DNA of 61,890 nt, the filler included. It is 6 parts of 6 records of this genome, joined end to end, with 100 filler letters (N's around TTAATTAATTAA, not from the genome) between each part and the next. Parts side by side here need not be neighbours in the genome. Positions count along the whole stretch, not along the records: positions 14,297 to 35,158 come from SRR16203515_14838; 5 more parts are not named here. One strand, given 5' to 3'. The position numbers and the translations under genes are program-made. Below, piece by piece: positions 21,084-35,158 of this stretch. The notes under the pieces were generated by a model. That model made no database searches and was not told the origin of the DNA. It saw only the letters and a list, made by a program, of their open reading frames with translations. How positions within the stretch are numbered: the stretch's first letter is position 1; every line of letters starts with the position of its first letter.

Positions 21084-22379
21084 ATGCCTACTCACTTAAC
21101 TGATACTCATTTTTCCGATCTGCCGATTAATAGCAAGGTGGTTGACGCCTTGACGGCAGCTAATTTTAACAATTGTACACCAATTCAAGCGCTCGCACTG
21201 CCGCCTTTATTAGAAGGGCTAGACATTGCAGGTCAAGCTCAAACTGGTACCGGTAAAACCATCGCGTTTTTGGTTGCTACATTTCATCATCTGCTAAGCA
21301 AAGCAGAAAATGCAGACAACAGCAAATCAAACGGTCCACGAGCCATTATTATGGCCCCTACCCGGGAATTAGCCGTTCAAATCTATAACGACGCCAAATT
21401 GCTCAGCGAGCACACCGGATTGTCGCTTGGTTTGATTTATGGGGGCGAAGGTTACGAAAGTCAACGTGAAACCCTACAAGAAGGGGTGGATATTATTATT
21501 GGCACGACAGGCCGCATTTTGGATTACTACAAACAAAATGTGTTTAGCCTAAATAATATTCAGGTTGCTGTTCTTGATGAAGCCGATCGTATGTTCGACT
21601 TAGGCTTTATTAAAGACATTCGCTTCTTGTTTAAGCGTATGCCTGCGGCCAGTGAACGTCTTAGCATGTTGTTCTCGGCTACACTAAGCTATCGGGTCCA
21701 GGAACTGGCCTACGAGCACATGAACAACCCTACCCATGTACAGGTTGCACCTGAGCAAACTACCGCTAGCCGAGTAAGCCAAGAACTCTTTTATCCGTCT
21801 GATGACGATAAAATGTTGTTGTTGCTAACCTTGCTAGAAGAAGAATGGCCGGATAAAGCCATTGTTTTTGCCAATACCAAGCACAGTTGCGAACGTGTTA
21901 CCGACTGGCTAACCGCCGACGGTCACCGTGTTGGCTTACTCAGTGGCGATGTGCCACAGAAAAAGCGTCTTGGTATTCTCGATGACTTTACCCAAGGTAA
22001 ACTAGATATCTTGGTGGCCACGGATGTCGCCGCCCGTGGATTGCATATTGACGCGGTAACTCATGTATTTAATTACGACTTACCTGACGATGCAGAAGAT
22101 TATGTGCACCGTATCGGTCGAACGGGTCGTGCTGGACAAAGCGGCATAGCAATTAGTTTTGCATGCGAGAAATACGCATTGAACTTGCCTGCCATTGAAC
22201 AGTACATTCAGCATGCTATTCCAGTAACAGACTATGATAGCAGCGCCCTATTAGATGATGTAACCGCACCTAAACCTAGACGTAAGCGCACCCCTAACAC
22301 GCGCAATTCGTCACGCCGTGGTAATAAGGGGCGAGGTAATGGTAGAGGCAAACCATCTAATCGTGGAAACCATAATTAA
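21084..22379 (+). CDS. rhlB: ATP-dependent RNA helicase RhlB
   Basis: [26 protein letters not shown]; trxA-rhlB-gppA synteny. Confidence 0.96.
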   Translation: MPTHLTDTHFSDLPINSKVVDALTAANFNNCTPIQALALPPLLEGLDIAGQAQTGTGKTIAFLVATFHHLLSKAENADNSKSNGPRAIIMAPTRELAVQIYNDAKLLSEHTGLSLGLIYGGEGYESQRETLQEGVDIIIGTTGRILDYYKQNVFSLNNIQVAVLDEADRMFDLGFIKDIRFLFKRMPAASERLSMLFSATLSYRVQELAYEHMNNPTHVQVAPEQTTASRVSQELFYPSDDDKMLLLLTLLEEEWPDKAIVFANTKHSCERVTDWLTADGHRVGLLSGDVPQKKRLGILDDFTQGKLDILVATDVAARGLHIDAVTHVFNYDLPDDAEDYVHRIGRTGRAGQSGIAISFACEKYALNLPAIEQYIQHAIPVTDYDSSALLDDVTAPKPRRKRTPNTRNSSRRGNKGRGNGRGKPSNRGNHN

Positions 22380-22393
22380 TTAAAAAAACGAGT

Positions 22394-23905
22394 ATGCAGG
22401 CAGAAATTCAACAGGGCGCCCAAAGCTACGGCGAGTATTATGCAGCCGTAGACCTTGGGTCGAACAGTTTTCATATGATGATGGTGCATGTTGTTAATGG
22501 CAGCGTGCAAATCATTGGTAAAGTGAAACAAAAAGTACGACTCGCCGCAGGGTTAGACGAGCAGTTTGCCCTTGATGATATGAGTATGGAGCGGGGCTGG
22601 CAATGCCTTCAAACCTTCTCTGAACGCCTGCAAGATATCCCTCCCTCGAATATTAAAGTGGTGGCTACCGCCACCCTACGTCTTGCGACCAATGCCCATG
22701 TTTTTGTGCAGAAAGCTGAGCAAATTCTCAAGCATAAGCTGGACGTTATTAGTGGCGAAGAAGAAGCGCGACAAATTTATCTTGGTGTCGCCTACACGTC
22801 GGCTAACCAAGGAAACAGCTTAGTCATCGATATTGGCGGGGCCAGTACCGAGATTGTGATTGGCAATGACATGCAACCTATTCATCTAAAAAGTTTAGAC
22901 ATGGGTTGTGTCACCTTTATGGAAAGATACTTTGAAGGTGGCAACATTAGCGCCGACAACTTTACCAAGGCAAAGTCGGCGGCCAAAGCCCTTATCGACA
23001 CTCACGCCGATGCATTTTTGTGTTTCGACTGGGAGAATTGCTTGGGGGCCTCAGGGACGCCTCAGGCCATTACCGAAATACTGGTGGCTCAAGGCATTAG
23101 CGACGCTATCCGTCTCGACTATCTGTATCATTTAGAAGCCCAGTGTATTAAGTGTGGCCATATTGGCCAGCTTGACATTGAAGGGCTTGAAGAAAACCGC
23201 AAAGCTATCTTCCCTTCTGGCCTGGCTATTTTGATTTGCTTGTTTGAGTGTCTCAACATTAAACACATGAATATATCCGGTGGTGCCCTACGGGAAGGCC
23301 TGATATACGGTATGCTGGATAACTTACAAGAAAATGATCGCAGGGAGCAGACCCTGAATCAAGCCATGGCGCGCTACCATATTGATACCGCTCACGCGAA
23401 TGCAGTGAAAGGCGTAGCGCTTATGCTGTGTCATCAGTTGTGCGCGCAACAAGATATTTGCCATTTAGACACCGAAGCCATTTTAAGCGCGGCGTCGCTG
23501 CTGCATGAAATTGGCCTACATATCGAATATAAGAAGCACCATCAACACGGCGCGTACATACTTAGTTATATTGACTTACCGGGTTTCACTCGCTTGCAAC
23601 GGGCAGCAGTTAAAGACTTGATCGCACAGCATCGGCTAACGGTTACCGGCGCGCCCTTTTCCGATTACCACCCAGAGTTTCAACCTATGTTGCTGGGTTT
23701 GCTACGTATTTTACGTATTGCGGTGGTGTTATGTTTACGACGTCAGAACAAACATATTCCTGAAGTCGAACTACGCTGTAGCGGCGATGAGTGGGTATTG
23801 CAATTCCCCGAGGGCTGGTTGAAAGCCCACCCATTAATTAACGCCGAACTGGCCAATGAAAGTTGGCTGCAGCATAAGGCAGGCTGGAAACTACACTGCC
23901 AATAG
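22394..23905 (+). CDS. gppA: pppGpp pyrophosphatase (Ppx/GppA family)
   Basis: AVDLGSNSFH, ISGEEEA, DIGGASTE, ALREG; follows rhlB. Confidence 0.9.
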   Translation: MQAEIQQGAQSYGEYYAAVDLGSNSFHMMMVHVVNGSVQIIGKVKQKVRLAAGLDEQFALDDMSMERGWQCLQTFSERLQDIPPSNIKVVATATLRLATNAHVFVQKAEQILKHKLDVISGEEEARQIYLGVAYTSANQGNSLVIDIGGASTEIVIGNDMQPIHLKSLDMGCVTFMERYFEGGNISADNFTKAKSAAKALIDTHADAFLCFDWENCLGASGTPQAITEILVAQGISDAIRLDYLYHLEAQCIKCGHIGQLDIEGLEENRKAIFPSGLAILICLFECLNIKHMNISGGALREGLIYGMLDNLQENDRREQTLNQAMARYHIDTAHANAVKGVALMLCHQLCAQQDICHLDTEAILSAASLLHEIGLHIEYKKHHQHGAYILSYIDLPGFTRLQRAAVKDLIAQHRLTVTGAPFSDYHPEFQPMLLGLLRILRIAVVLCLRRQNKHIPEVELRCSGDEWVLQFPEGWLKAHPLINAELANESWLQHKAGWKLHCQ

Positions 23906-23958
23906 TACTCTACCCTTAGCGTATCACGGCGCCCATCGCCTAGTGGGTTAGCTCTAAC

Positions 23959-23984
23959 AATGCCGCGTAAATACGCGGCATTTT
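23959..23984. terminator. Terminator hairpin between gppA and hemB
   Basis: AATGCCGCGTA-AA-TACGCGGCATTTT. Confidence 0.75.
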
Positions 23985-23995
23985 ATATTGCAGAT

Positions 23996-26892
<2,897 letters not shown>

Positions 26893-26902
26893 GGCTCGCA
26901 GG

Positions 26903-27679
26903 TCACTTCAGGGAAAATAAACGACAAGTATTAGCATAACTGGTGGATTGCAATTGTTCAGCATCTATCGATAACAATTGTCCAACTTGCTCGCCAATAT
27001 GGGGCAAAAATGCCGGTTCGTTATTACGTTTTCTAGGCCTTAGAGTTTTTGGAAACAAATAAGGGGCGTCCGTTTCTAACACCAACTTATCTTGCGGTAT
27101 GTGCATAAGGGCATCTCTTAGTGCCTCGCCGCGCTTGTCATCGCATACCCACCCCGTAATTCCAATATACAGCCCCATATCCAGGTAGGTTTTAAGCTGT
27201 TTGGTGGTGCCGGTAAAACAGTGAGCAATGCCTCCAGGTAACTGACCGATCGCCTTTTCGAGACAGGCAACTTGCTCATCAAAGGCATCTCTTTCGTGCA
27301 AATACACCGGCAGTTGCAGTTCGTTGGCAATGCGCAATTGGGCTTCAAACACGGCTTTTTGCACAGGCCGTGGCGAAAAGTCACGGTTAAAGTCGAGCCC
27401 GCACTCACCAATCGCCACCACGCCGGGTGCCTGTGCGGCAACGTTTAAACGGGTAAGGTCTACTTCACTGACATCTTTCGCGTTGTGGGGATGCACGCCA
27501 ATGGTATAACAAAGGTGTTCGGGAAAGGCATGGTACAGTTGTGCCGCCCTCTCCCATTCATTTGGATGGGTGGTGATAACGCACATTTTTTGCACCCCTG
27601 CGTCAATCGCACGGGTAATGACTTGGTGGGCGTCGAACCTGCGATCAAGCAGGTTAACGCCAGCATCGAACCAAGGCAT
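26903..27679 (-). CDS. tatD: TatD family nuclease
   Basis: GVHPH, IGECGLDF, HCFTG, ETDAPY. Confidence 0.95.
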   Translation of the reverse strand: MPWFDAGVNLLDRRFDAHQVITRAIDAGVQKMCVITTHPNEWERAAQLYHAFPEHLCYTIGVHPHNAKDVSEVDLTRLNVAAQAPGVVAIGECGLDFNRDFSPRPVQKAVFEAQLRIANELQLPVYLHERDAFDEQVACLEKAIGQLPGGIAHCFTGTTKQLKTYLDMGLYIGITGWVCDDKRGEALRDALMHIPQDKLVLETDAPYLFPKTLRPRKRNNEPAFLPHIGEQVGQLLSIDAEQLQSTSYANTCRLFSLK

Positions 27680-27680
27680 G

Positions 27681-28232
27681 TTATTTAAGACGCTTGACTT
27701 TCATAGTACGATTTAGGCCCTTTACCTTAAGGTAAAATGCGCCAAATAACCCGCGCTCAATAGTAACCTGCTGGCCCACCTTGAGATTTTGGGTGCTGTT
27801 ATCCACCTGCAGCCATACTGAACCATTGTCAAAAGTAACGGTTTTTTCACCCCTTACTCTCTCAGCAATATTGACGATTTTAACGGAGATGGAATCGGCT
27901 TGGCGTTCTCGCTGCACTTTTTCTTCTAACCCAAACTCAACCTGAGGTGCAGGTTTGTTGACTGCCGGTGCTGGGGCAGGTTTAGATTTGGGCGCGGGTT
28001 TAGATGCCGTTGGCGGTTTAGGCTTTGCTGCAACAACTGAATTGCTGTTGTCATGCTTGGTTTGCTTAATGACCATACGGTCGTAGCACACTAAACGTTG
28101 TAAACTATCATCTAGTGCCCGGCATTTTTCTACCGCTTGGGTCAGGGTTTCTGCCTGCGCCACGCTGCTAATCAGGGTAACACTTACAGCGAATAAGGTG
28201 CTTAGGCCAAACGTTGTCGAGTTTTTATTCAT
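27681..28232 (-). CDS. Hypothetical secreted protein
   Basis: Signal peptide, C-x10-C helical segment (CRALDDSLQRLVCYD), Pro/Lys-rich linker, small beta-rich C-terminal domain. Confidence 0.75.
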   Translation of the reverse strand: MNKNSTTFGLSTLFAVSVTLISSVAQAETLTQAVEKCRALDDSLQRLVCYDRMVIKQTKHDNSNSVVAAKPKPPTASKPAPKSKPAPAPAVNKPAPQVEFGLEEKVQRERQADSISVKIVNIAERVRGEKTVTFDNGSVWLQVDNSTQNLKVGQQVTIERGLFGAFYLKVKGLNRTMKVKRLK

Positions 28233-28234
28233 TA

Positions 28235-28990
28235 TTATTCTCTTTCTTCGTCGGTTTCAATATCGGTATCAGGCTCACGTTTGCCCGCATAGATGCCCCC
28301 TACAATAACGCCAACTTCAAACAGTAGCCACATAGGAATCGCTAATAAGGTCTGCGAGATGACATCAGGTGGCGTAAGCAGCATACCAAGTACAAAGGCC
28401 CCCACCACAATATAGGGGCGCTTGGCGCGCAGCGTGGCTGCATCAGTTACCCCTGTCCAGCACATTAATATAATGGCGATAGGGATTTCAAAGGACACCC
28501 CAAAAGCAAAAAACAACTTTAATACGAAGTTTAAGTAGCTTGAAATATCTGTACTTACTGTAACCCCTTCCGGCGCAACGCTGTTAAAAAACGCAAACGC
28601 GATGGGAAACACCACAAAGTAGGCGAAGGCCATGCCAGCATAAAACAACAAGGTACTTGAAAGCAGCAAGGGTGCCACCAGCTTTTTCTCGTTGCGGTAC
28701 AGCCCTGGGGCCACGAACCCCCACACTTGATAAAGTACGTAAGGGATGGCGATAAAGAAGGATAACACCAGCGTTAACTTAAACGGTGCGAAAAAAGGTG
28801 ACGCCACATCGGTGGCTATCATACTGGCGTTTTCTGGCAGCGACTCTAGCAGTGGCAGCGCCAGCAACCGATATAAATCCTGGGCAAAATAGGCCAAGCA
28901 AATAAAAACCACCAGCACACTTAAAAGCGCTTTTAAGATACGGCTACGAAGCTCAATTAAATGAGAGATTAAACTGTTAGCGTCAGACAT
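28235..28990 (-). CDS. tatC: Twin-arginine translocase TatC
   Basis: [27 protein letters not shown]. Confidence 0.97.
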   Translation of the reverse strand: MSDANSLISHLIELRSRILKALLSVLVVFICLAYFAQDLYRLLALPLLESLPENASMIATDVASPFFAPFKLTLVLSFFIAIPYVLYQVWGFVAPGLYRNEKKLVAPLLLSSTLLFYAGMAFAYFVVFPIAFAFFNSVAPEGVTVSTDISSYLNFVLKLFFAFGVSFEIPIAIILMCWTGVTDAATLRAKRPYIVVGAFVLGMLLTPPDVISQTLLAIPMWLLFEVGVIVGGIYAGKREPDTDIETDEERE

Positions 28991-29290
28991 TTATTGTTTT
29001 TTATATGGTTCCTGAACAGATTCAGCGGCTTTTTTTAACTCATCGACGCTTTCTTCAAGCTCAGGCGATAAGTCTTTCAACCCCTGCTGTTCAGCTTTCT
29101 TTAGGTTTTCGTGTAATTCGTGTACCCGCAACTGGTGCTCAACTTCTGTTTTAAAGCCGGTCGCCACATTGCGCACACTTCGAATAGTGTTAATTGTAGA
29201 TCGCATGGCCCCTGGTAATCGTTCAGGCCCTAAAATGAGTAGGGCCAATACACCTATTACCAGTAGTTCCCAAAAACCTATGTCAAACAT
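28991..29290 (-). CDS. tatB: Twin-arginine translocase TatB
   Basis: MFDIGFWEL...LGPERLP. Confidence 0.97.
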   Translation of the reverse strand: MFDIGFWELLVIGVLALLILGPERLPGAMRSTINTIRSVRNVATGFKTEVEHQLRVHELHENLKKAEQQGLKDLSPELEESVDELKKAAESVQEPYKKQ

Positions 29291-29529
29291 TAAGACTTTT
29301 CTTTTACGTCGCTCTGCGTTTTAGTGGCTACAGGATCGGCAGCGTCTTTTTCTTCAACCTGCTTTCTCTGCTCGAAATCAGCGTCTTGCTCATTATCATT
29401 AACGGCTTTTTTGAAGCCTTTAATTGCGCTACCTAAGTCTGACCCCATACCTTTAAGACGCTTTGTTCCAAAAAGTAACACAACAATTACTAGAACAATA
29501 AGTAATTGCCAAATACTAATACCACCCAT
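29290..29529 (-). CDS. tatA: Twin-arginine translocase TatA
   Basis: [11 protein letters not shown]...LFGTKRL...GFKKA. Confidence 0.97.
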   Translation of the reverse strand: MGGISIWQLLIVLVIVVLLFGTKRLKGMGSDLGSAIKGFKKAVNDNEQDADFEQRKQVEEKDAADPVATKTQSDVKEKS

Positions 29530-29710
29530 AAAAATTTTCTCCCTAACATCAGTAGTGACAGTATGCCACCCCCTGACCCTGCTTGCATCTGAATATTTGC
29601 CTAGCAGAATAATCGTTGAAATTTATTCCTACAAGTCGCATGCTGGGAATCAACCAGTTAGCACGATGTAAGGTGTTAATCCCTGCAAACAGGAAGGAGA
29701 ATGAAAAGGA

Positions 29711-30670
29711 ATGTTGTGTGTTGCTGTCACGCTTTGTCACTTAGTTATGCCACCTAGCACGCACGATAACTCAAGCGCATCGATAGCTGAGCCCACGTCA
29801 ACGAGTGCAGATGCCAAAGAGGAAGCCTGGTTTGATGTGTGGCAGCGCAGTTTTACCGACTCAATGGATTTTACGGTTCGCCAATTCGACGGCTTATTTT
29901 CACGGGCCCAGACGAAAAATACCGGTGAGCATGCAAAAGCGGAAGGACGGATTCAGTTAAGCTGGGAGCCAAGAAGTAGAGATCTGGCCCAAACCGATTT
30001 ACGCTTTCGTATTCGCGTATCGTTACCGCGACTTGAAAATCGGGTTGATTTACTGCTGAGTGACAACGAAGATGAAAGCCAAAGTGATACCATAAAAGCA
30101 GCCCGTTCCAACGCGTTTGATCAAGGGGACAACACCACTATAGCGCTGCGTTTTAGACCAGATCAAAATTCCCATTATTCCTATCGGTTAGGTGCGGGAA
30201 GACGGGACCAACTATACCTAAGAAGTCGCTTTCGCGATGCCATGGCATTTAATGCACACTGGGCCATGTTATACGATGCCGAGCTGTACTATTACACACG
30301 AGATAGACTAGGCGCGGAAGTAGGCGCTGCCATTCAACATGTATCGCCCACTGATCAGGTTACCCGGTTTAATAATCGTTATTACTATCGTGATATTTCT
30401 AACGACTGGTTGTGGCGTCATGAGGTGCAACACCTCTACCCTATCAATAGTCACCATGCGTTAGTCTATCGGTTAATGGTAGAGGGCTATGATAAGCCAA
30501 AGTATCACGTGGATGAGGTTTATACCGGCCTGAGATGGCGCTTTAATCCGTTGCGCGATTGGCTGTATTTTGATGTGGAGCCATTTATGCTGTGGCGTCG
30601 CGATGAAGACTTTAACACTTCTTACGGCGTGGCACTGCGGGTTGAAGCCTATTATGGTAAAGCCCATTAA
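29711..30670 (+). CDS. Hypothetical exported protein, possible outer-membrane beta-barrel
   Basis: 319-aa ORF with alternating aromatic-rich beta-strand pattern ending LRVEAYYG; start uncertain. Confidence 0.65.
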   Translation: MLCVAVTLCHLVMPPSTHDNSSASIAEPTSTSADAKEEAWFDVWQRSFTDSMDFTVRQFDGLFSRAQTKNTGEHAKAEGRIQLSWEPRSRDLAQTDLRFRIRVSLPRLENRVDLLLSDNEDESQSDTIKAARSNAFDQGDNTTIALRFRPDQNSHYSYRLGAGRRDQLYLRSRFRDAMAFNAHWAMLYDAELYYYTRDRLGAEVGAAIQHVSPTDQVTRFNNRYYYRDISNDWLWRHEVQHLYPINSHHALVYRLMVEGYDKPKYHVDEVYTGLRWRFNPLRDWLYFDVEPFMLWRRDEDFNTSYGVALRVEAYYGKAH

Positions 30671-30694
30671 AAAAGCTGCCGAAGCAGCTTTTTT
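30669..30694. terminator. Bidirectional terminator
   Basis: AAAAAAGCTGC-CGAA-GCAGCTTTTTT. Confidence 0.85.
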
Positions 30695-30749
30695 AATCAA
30701 TGTGTGCCTAGCTTATAGACCACAAAAGTGATTGAACCTTCTATTCGCC

Positions 30750-31247
30750 CTATGGACGCAAGGCCCGTTCACCACGGGCAAGCCCGCACACGCCGGTACG
30801 AGACGACTCAATAATTTCTGCGCATTGCCCCATGGTGGTAGCAAAAGCGTCTAGCTTGTCGGTAGTGCCGGTAAGTTCAATGGTGTAGCTATTAGCATTG
30901 ACGTCTAAAATCACCCCACGAAATATATCTGCATTACGCTTCACTTCTGCGCGTACCGATTCGGTTCGTGTGGCCACTTTAATAAGCATAAGCTCACGCT
31001 CTATGTGTGCGCCTTCGGTGAGATCAACCACTTTAAGCACATCAATAAGCTTGTTCACTTGCTTAGTAATTTGCTCAATCACCTTATCATCACCGTGGGT
31101 CACTATGGTTAATCGAGACAAACTGGCGTCATCCGTGGGTGCTACACACAATGAGTCTACGTTATAGCCACGCTGTGAAAATGCACCGACGATGCGAGAA
31201 AGTGCGCCCGGGGCATTTTCCATTAATACTGAAATAATACGTTTCAT
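30750..31247 (-). CDS. ilvH: Acetolactate synthase small subunit
   Basis: ACT domain ENAPGALSRIVGAFSQRGYNVDSL, HIERELMLIKV. Confidence 0.95.
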   Translation of the reverse strand: MKRIISVLMENAPGALSRIVGAFSQRGYNVDSLCVAPTDDASLSRLTIVTHGDDKVIEQITKQVNKLIDVLKVVDLTEGAHIERELMLIKVATRTESVRAEVKRNADIFRGVILDVNANSYTIELTGTTDKLDAFATTMGQCAEIIESSRTGVCGLARGERALRP

Positions 31248-32965
31248 CAGGTTCGCTCCGTCTTGCTCAAGCGCATGTCATCCATAGCGCCGTACTTAAT
31301 TTGCATGGGATATACGTGTTCGTTTTGGTCGATTGCGATGTCCATAAACACGAGGCGATCTGTATAACTGAAACACTTCTCCATGGCGGCATCTAAATCT
31401 TCTAACTTGTCGACTTTGATTCCTATGTGCCCATAGGCTTCTGCTAACTTCACAAAATCAGGCATTGAATCCATGTAAGAATGAGAGTGACGGCCTTTGT
31501 AAATCATATCCTGCCACTGACGAACCATACCTAACGCTCGGTTATTCAATGAGATGATTTTGATAGGTAAATTATACTGTAAGCAAGTCGACAGCTCTTG
31601 AATATTCATTTGGATACTACCGTCACCAGTAACCACCACAGAAGTTGCCTGAGGGTGAGCAAACTGTACGCCCATAGCCGCGGGTAAGCCAAAGCCCATG
31701 GTGCCAAGGCCGCCTGAGTTTATCCACTAACGAGGTTTATCGTACTGGTAGTATAGCGCCGCAAACATTTGATGCTGACCTACGTCTGAGCTGACGTAGG
31801 CTTCACCATTGGTGTGCTTATACAGCGATTGGATAACTTTCTGTGGCTTAATCACCTCTTCGCCCTGCTCAAAGTTCAAGCAAGCACGGCCACGCCACTG
31901 TTCAATTTGCTGCCACCAATCGGCTAACTTTTGTTGCTGCTGCGAGAGGTCTTGATTAACCAGTTGCTCATGGATTTGATCGAGTACTTTATCTACCGAA
32001 CCCACCACAGGAATATGCGCATTAACGGTTTTAGAGATAGACGCAGGGTCAATATCCACGTGAATAATGTCAGCATGAGGACAAAATTTATCCACGTTGT
32101 TGGTCACGCGATCGTCAAAACGCGCGCCTAAGGCAATAATACAATCGGCATTATGCATGGTTTTATTGGCTTCTAACGTGCCGTGCATACCAAGCATGCC
32201 GATAAATTGCTTGTGGGTGCCTGGCATCGCACCTAACCCCATTAAAGTACAGGTTACCGGCGCATGGAGTTTTTCAGCTAATTCAATCACCCGTGAAGAC
32301 GCTTCGCAGGCCACCGCGCCACCACCTACATACAACACTGGGCGTTCGGCTTTTATCAAGGCACTAACGGCCTTCTTAATTTGCTTAGGATGACCTTTTA
32401 GCGTGGGGTTATACGATCGCATAGTCACATCGTTAGGAAAGACATAAGGATGTTCATCCGCGACGTTAACTAAATCTTTCGGTAAATCTACGACCACAGG
32501 ACCGGGCCGACCGGTATTCGCGATATAGTAGGCCTTAGCAATGGCTTCTGGAATATCAACCGCACGCTTGACCAAGAAACTGTGTTTTACGATGGGACGA
32601 GAACACCCAACCATATCAGTTTCTTGGAAGGCGTCTTCCCCAATATGCATAGACGGCACCTGACCAGAAAGCACCACCATAGGAATAGAATCCATATAGG
32701 CTGTGGCTATCCCGGTTATCGTATTCGTTGCACCTGGACCTGATGTGACGAGTACTGTGCCGGTTTTTCCTGTTGAACGTGCATAACCGTCTGCCATATG
32801 GGCAGCTGCCTGTTCATGACGTACGAGGACGTGTTTGACATCATCTTGCGCAAATAACGCATCATAAATGTCCAGTACGGCACCGCCTGGGTAACCGAAC
32901 ACATGTGTCACTCCTACATCTTTTAGCGCTTCTACCACCATGGCTGCGCCCGACATCATTTTCAC
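31247..32965 (-). pseudogene. ilvI: Acetolactate synthase III large subunit interrupted by an in-frame TAG at 31727-31729
   Basis: ORFs 31727..33091 and 31247..31699 share a frame; junction reads [22 protein letters not shown] start at 32965 behind AGGAGA; motifs FGYPGGA, RHEQ, GDGS. Confidence 0.9.
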
Positions 32966-33284
32966 AGTACTTTCTCCTGTAATAGGTTGGGGTTTGTCAG
33001 CGTACGTTGACGATGTCGGGACTATAACGAAGGTTGTAGGAAGATAAAACACCAAACAACGTAAAAGTGAGATATATATCCCAATATTCAAGATAATTAG
33101 GATAAATATTTCGAACCAGCGCTTTCCTTCGTTGATTTTAGGATAAGGTTTACATTACGTTAACATCCTGACATACGCCTGCGCGTTGCTGAGTGTGTGG
33201 TTATCGCGCATATAAGGTTAACCGTCAACCGCTACTTTGGTCCTACCTCTGACGACCTTGAACAGGCCGCCTTACCTAGCCTTG

Positions 33285-33320
33285 CTACTTACTTGGTTAC
33301 TTACTTGGCTACTTACTTGA
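33285..33320. repeat. Three tandem copies of a 12-bp unit
   Basis: CTACTTACTTGG TTACTTACTTGG CTACTTACTTGA. Confidence 0.85.
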
Positions 33321-33803
33321 TTTAGGGATCCACGCCCAAATCATTTCACATAACACAGGTTCGATGCCTTGAGCATCGGTGACGGTTACTGCCACCTTAA
33401 CCTCACCTTTTTCTTGGGTTTGCATAAGCGCGATTTGTTGGTCGGTAAGTGTGGCTACCGCCTGCATATCTCCTTGCGCACGTTTAACGTATTTAAAGTT
33501 CATTTCTTTGATCAAAGGTAGCTTATCGCCCGGTAAATTCACCCCTACCACAAAGCCAGTAGATGATTCCGCTAATAGCGCCATGCCTGCGGCGTGAACA
33601 CTGCCAATATGATTTTGTACCTTTTTGTAATTCTTTTGCCGAAAGGTCACTGACTTTAAATCGGTTTCGACAATATCAATACTGACCGTACCGGTAAGCT
33701 TTACTTTGTAACGAAACATCCAGGTAAGCATTTTCTGACCCAGCCAAGTAGGGTAGCTATTGGCTTTTTTCGCAAAAGCGCGTAGCGGATTCGGTGCGGG
33801 CAT
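33309..33803 (-). CDS. Hotdog-fold thioesterase-like protein (DUF4442/PaaI-like)
   Basis: VQNHIGSVHAAGMALLAES motif; start placed at MPAPNP. Confidence 0.8.
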   Translation of the reverse strand: MPAPNPLRAFAKKANSYPTWLGQKMLTWMFRYKVKLTGTVSIDIVETDLKSVTFRQKNYKKVQNHIGSVHAAGMALLAESSTGFVVGVNLPGDKLPLIKEMNFKYVKRAQGDMQAVATLTDQQIALMQTQEKGEVKVAVTVTDAQGIEPVLCEMIWAWIPKSSK

Positions 33804-33880
33804 ACATTTACTCTCTTTATTATCGACTGCTCTGGTTAGACCAGTTAGCTTAGGCCCAGCCGCCTGCGGTTGCAAGGTTT

Positions 33881-35158
33881 TTAACCGCCCGCTAATAACG
33901 CTTGTAAGGATTTAGTCTGCCCTTGATAACGCCGCCAGCGCCCAATAGAACGGGTGTTAATTGGCTCTCTTACTTGCACCTTGCTTGCGGTAGACACGGG
34001 TAGACGATTATCTTCAACCGCTACGCACTGTGCTTCGAAAGGTAGCTCGCAATACCTAAGCAATGCCTTTACTTCACTGTCGGGGTCGGTCACTAAGTCT
34101 TCATAGGATTGCACATAAATAGCGCTGGGGTGGACTGCGCTAAACGCCTCAATCCAGCGATTAAAGTGTTGATAAAAACGGCCTATCACGTCCAGATCAT
34201 AAGCGTATGCATAGTAAGGGCTGTTGATGGAAAATAGTTGTCTGTAATTGCCCACACAGGTATCCATGCCATCACGCTTTAAACAAATAATTTTTGCCTT
34301 AGGTAATGCCCGACGGATTAAATCTATGTAGAAGAAATTAAACGGTAATTTATCGACGAAGCGCGGTGAGTGTGCATGTAAAAAACCGGTACGCTCAATA
34401 TAGCGTTGCCCGATAGCAGTAAGATTACTGTGGTATCCCTGCTTAAGTGTCTCGGCGTCTAGTACCAGTGGGCTTTCGGTCTTTACCACTTCTTTCACTG
34501 CCACGCCAAAGTCTTGCAGTTCACCGCCTGAAGCTACGTGGGAATGATGACTTAGTATACGTTCAACCAATGTGGTGCCACTTCTTGGCATCCCCACCAC
34601 AAAGATAGGTGCATCACTATGCTCATCACTGGCCATACTGGCTTGATTAAGTTGAACGCGCAGGGTATCGAATAAGCCTTGGTAGTCCTCCATGGCTTTT
34701 TTACTTCGTTGACGATGGGGTAACTTAGCGTGGGCTAAGGCGTTAAATGCATCATCATACTGGCCTATCCTTTCATACTCTTTGGCCAGGGCATGACCTA
34801 TATGCAAGCGGCCTTGTGGATCAGCATCTAGCTTAGTTGCTAAGGTTTCAAGACGTGCAAGATGGTGGGATTGATTTTCACCACTGCCTAAATCGGATAG
34901 CGCAAAGTGAGCTTGATAAAATTCTGGGGCAATCACAATGGCTTTTTCAAAGTGTTTACGAGCAATAGCAAACTGCCCAGCAAATTTAGCACTGACCGCA
35001 TAGTTATAGTGGTATTGGGCATTATCTGGGGCTAGCACTAGTGCCCGCTTAAAGTAATCCGCCGCCTCGTGATGTAGACCCACGCGACTAAGAGAAACCC
35101 CCACGGTATCTAACTCTAGGGCGCGCTCAAGGGCTTCTACTGGCGCTTGCTTTGTCAT
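33881..35158 (-). CDS. TPR-containing sulfotransferase family protein, probably 5'-truncated at contig edge
   Basis: TPR-like helices then PAPS-binding IFVVGMPRSGTTL, DKLPFNF, TASKVQVR. Confidence 0.88.
   Translation of the reverse strand: MTKQAPVEALERALELDTVGVSLSRVGLHHEAADYFKRALVLAPDNAQYHYNYAVSAKFAGQFAIARKHFEKAIVIAPEFYQAHFALSDLGSGENQSHHLARLETLATKLDADPQGRLHIGHALAKEYERIGQYDDAFNALAHAKLPHRQRSKKAMEDYQGLFDTLRVQLNQASMASDEHSDAPIFVVGMPRSGTTLVERILSHHSHVASGGELQDFGVAVKEVVKTESPLVLDAETLKQGYHSNLTAIGQRYIERTGFLHAHSPRFVDKLPFNFFYIDLIRRALPKAKIICLKRDGMDTCVGNYRQLFSINSPYYAYAYDLDVIGRFYQHFNRWIEAFSAVHPSAIYVQSYEDLVTDPDSEVKALLRYCELPFEAQCVAVEDNRLPVSTASKVQVREPINTRSIGRWRRYQGQTKSLQALLAGG

Noticed and set aside
29691-29757. 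Short Cys-rich ORF from ATG 29701 (MKRNVVCCCHALSLSYAT) as a leader peptide or frameshift sign
   Set aside because: No attenuator structure seen, and the overlapping long ORF at 29711 has a usable AGGAG; cannot be distinguished from chance
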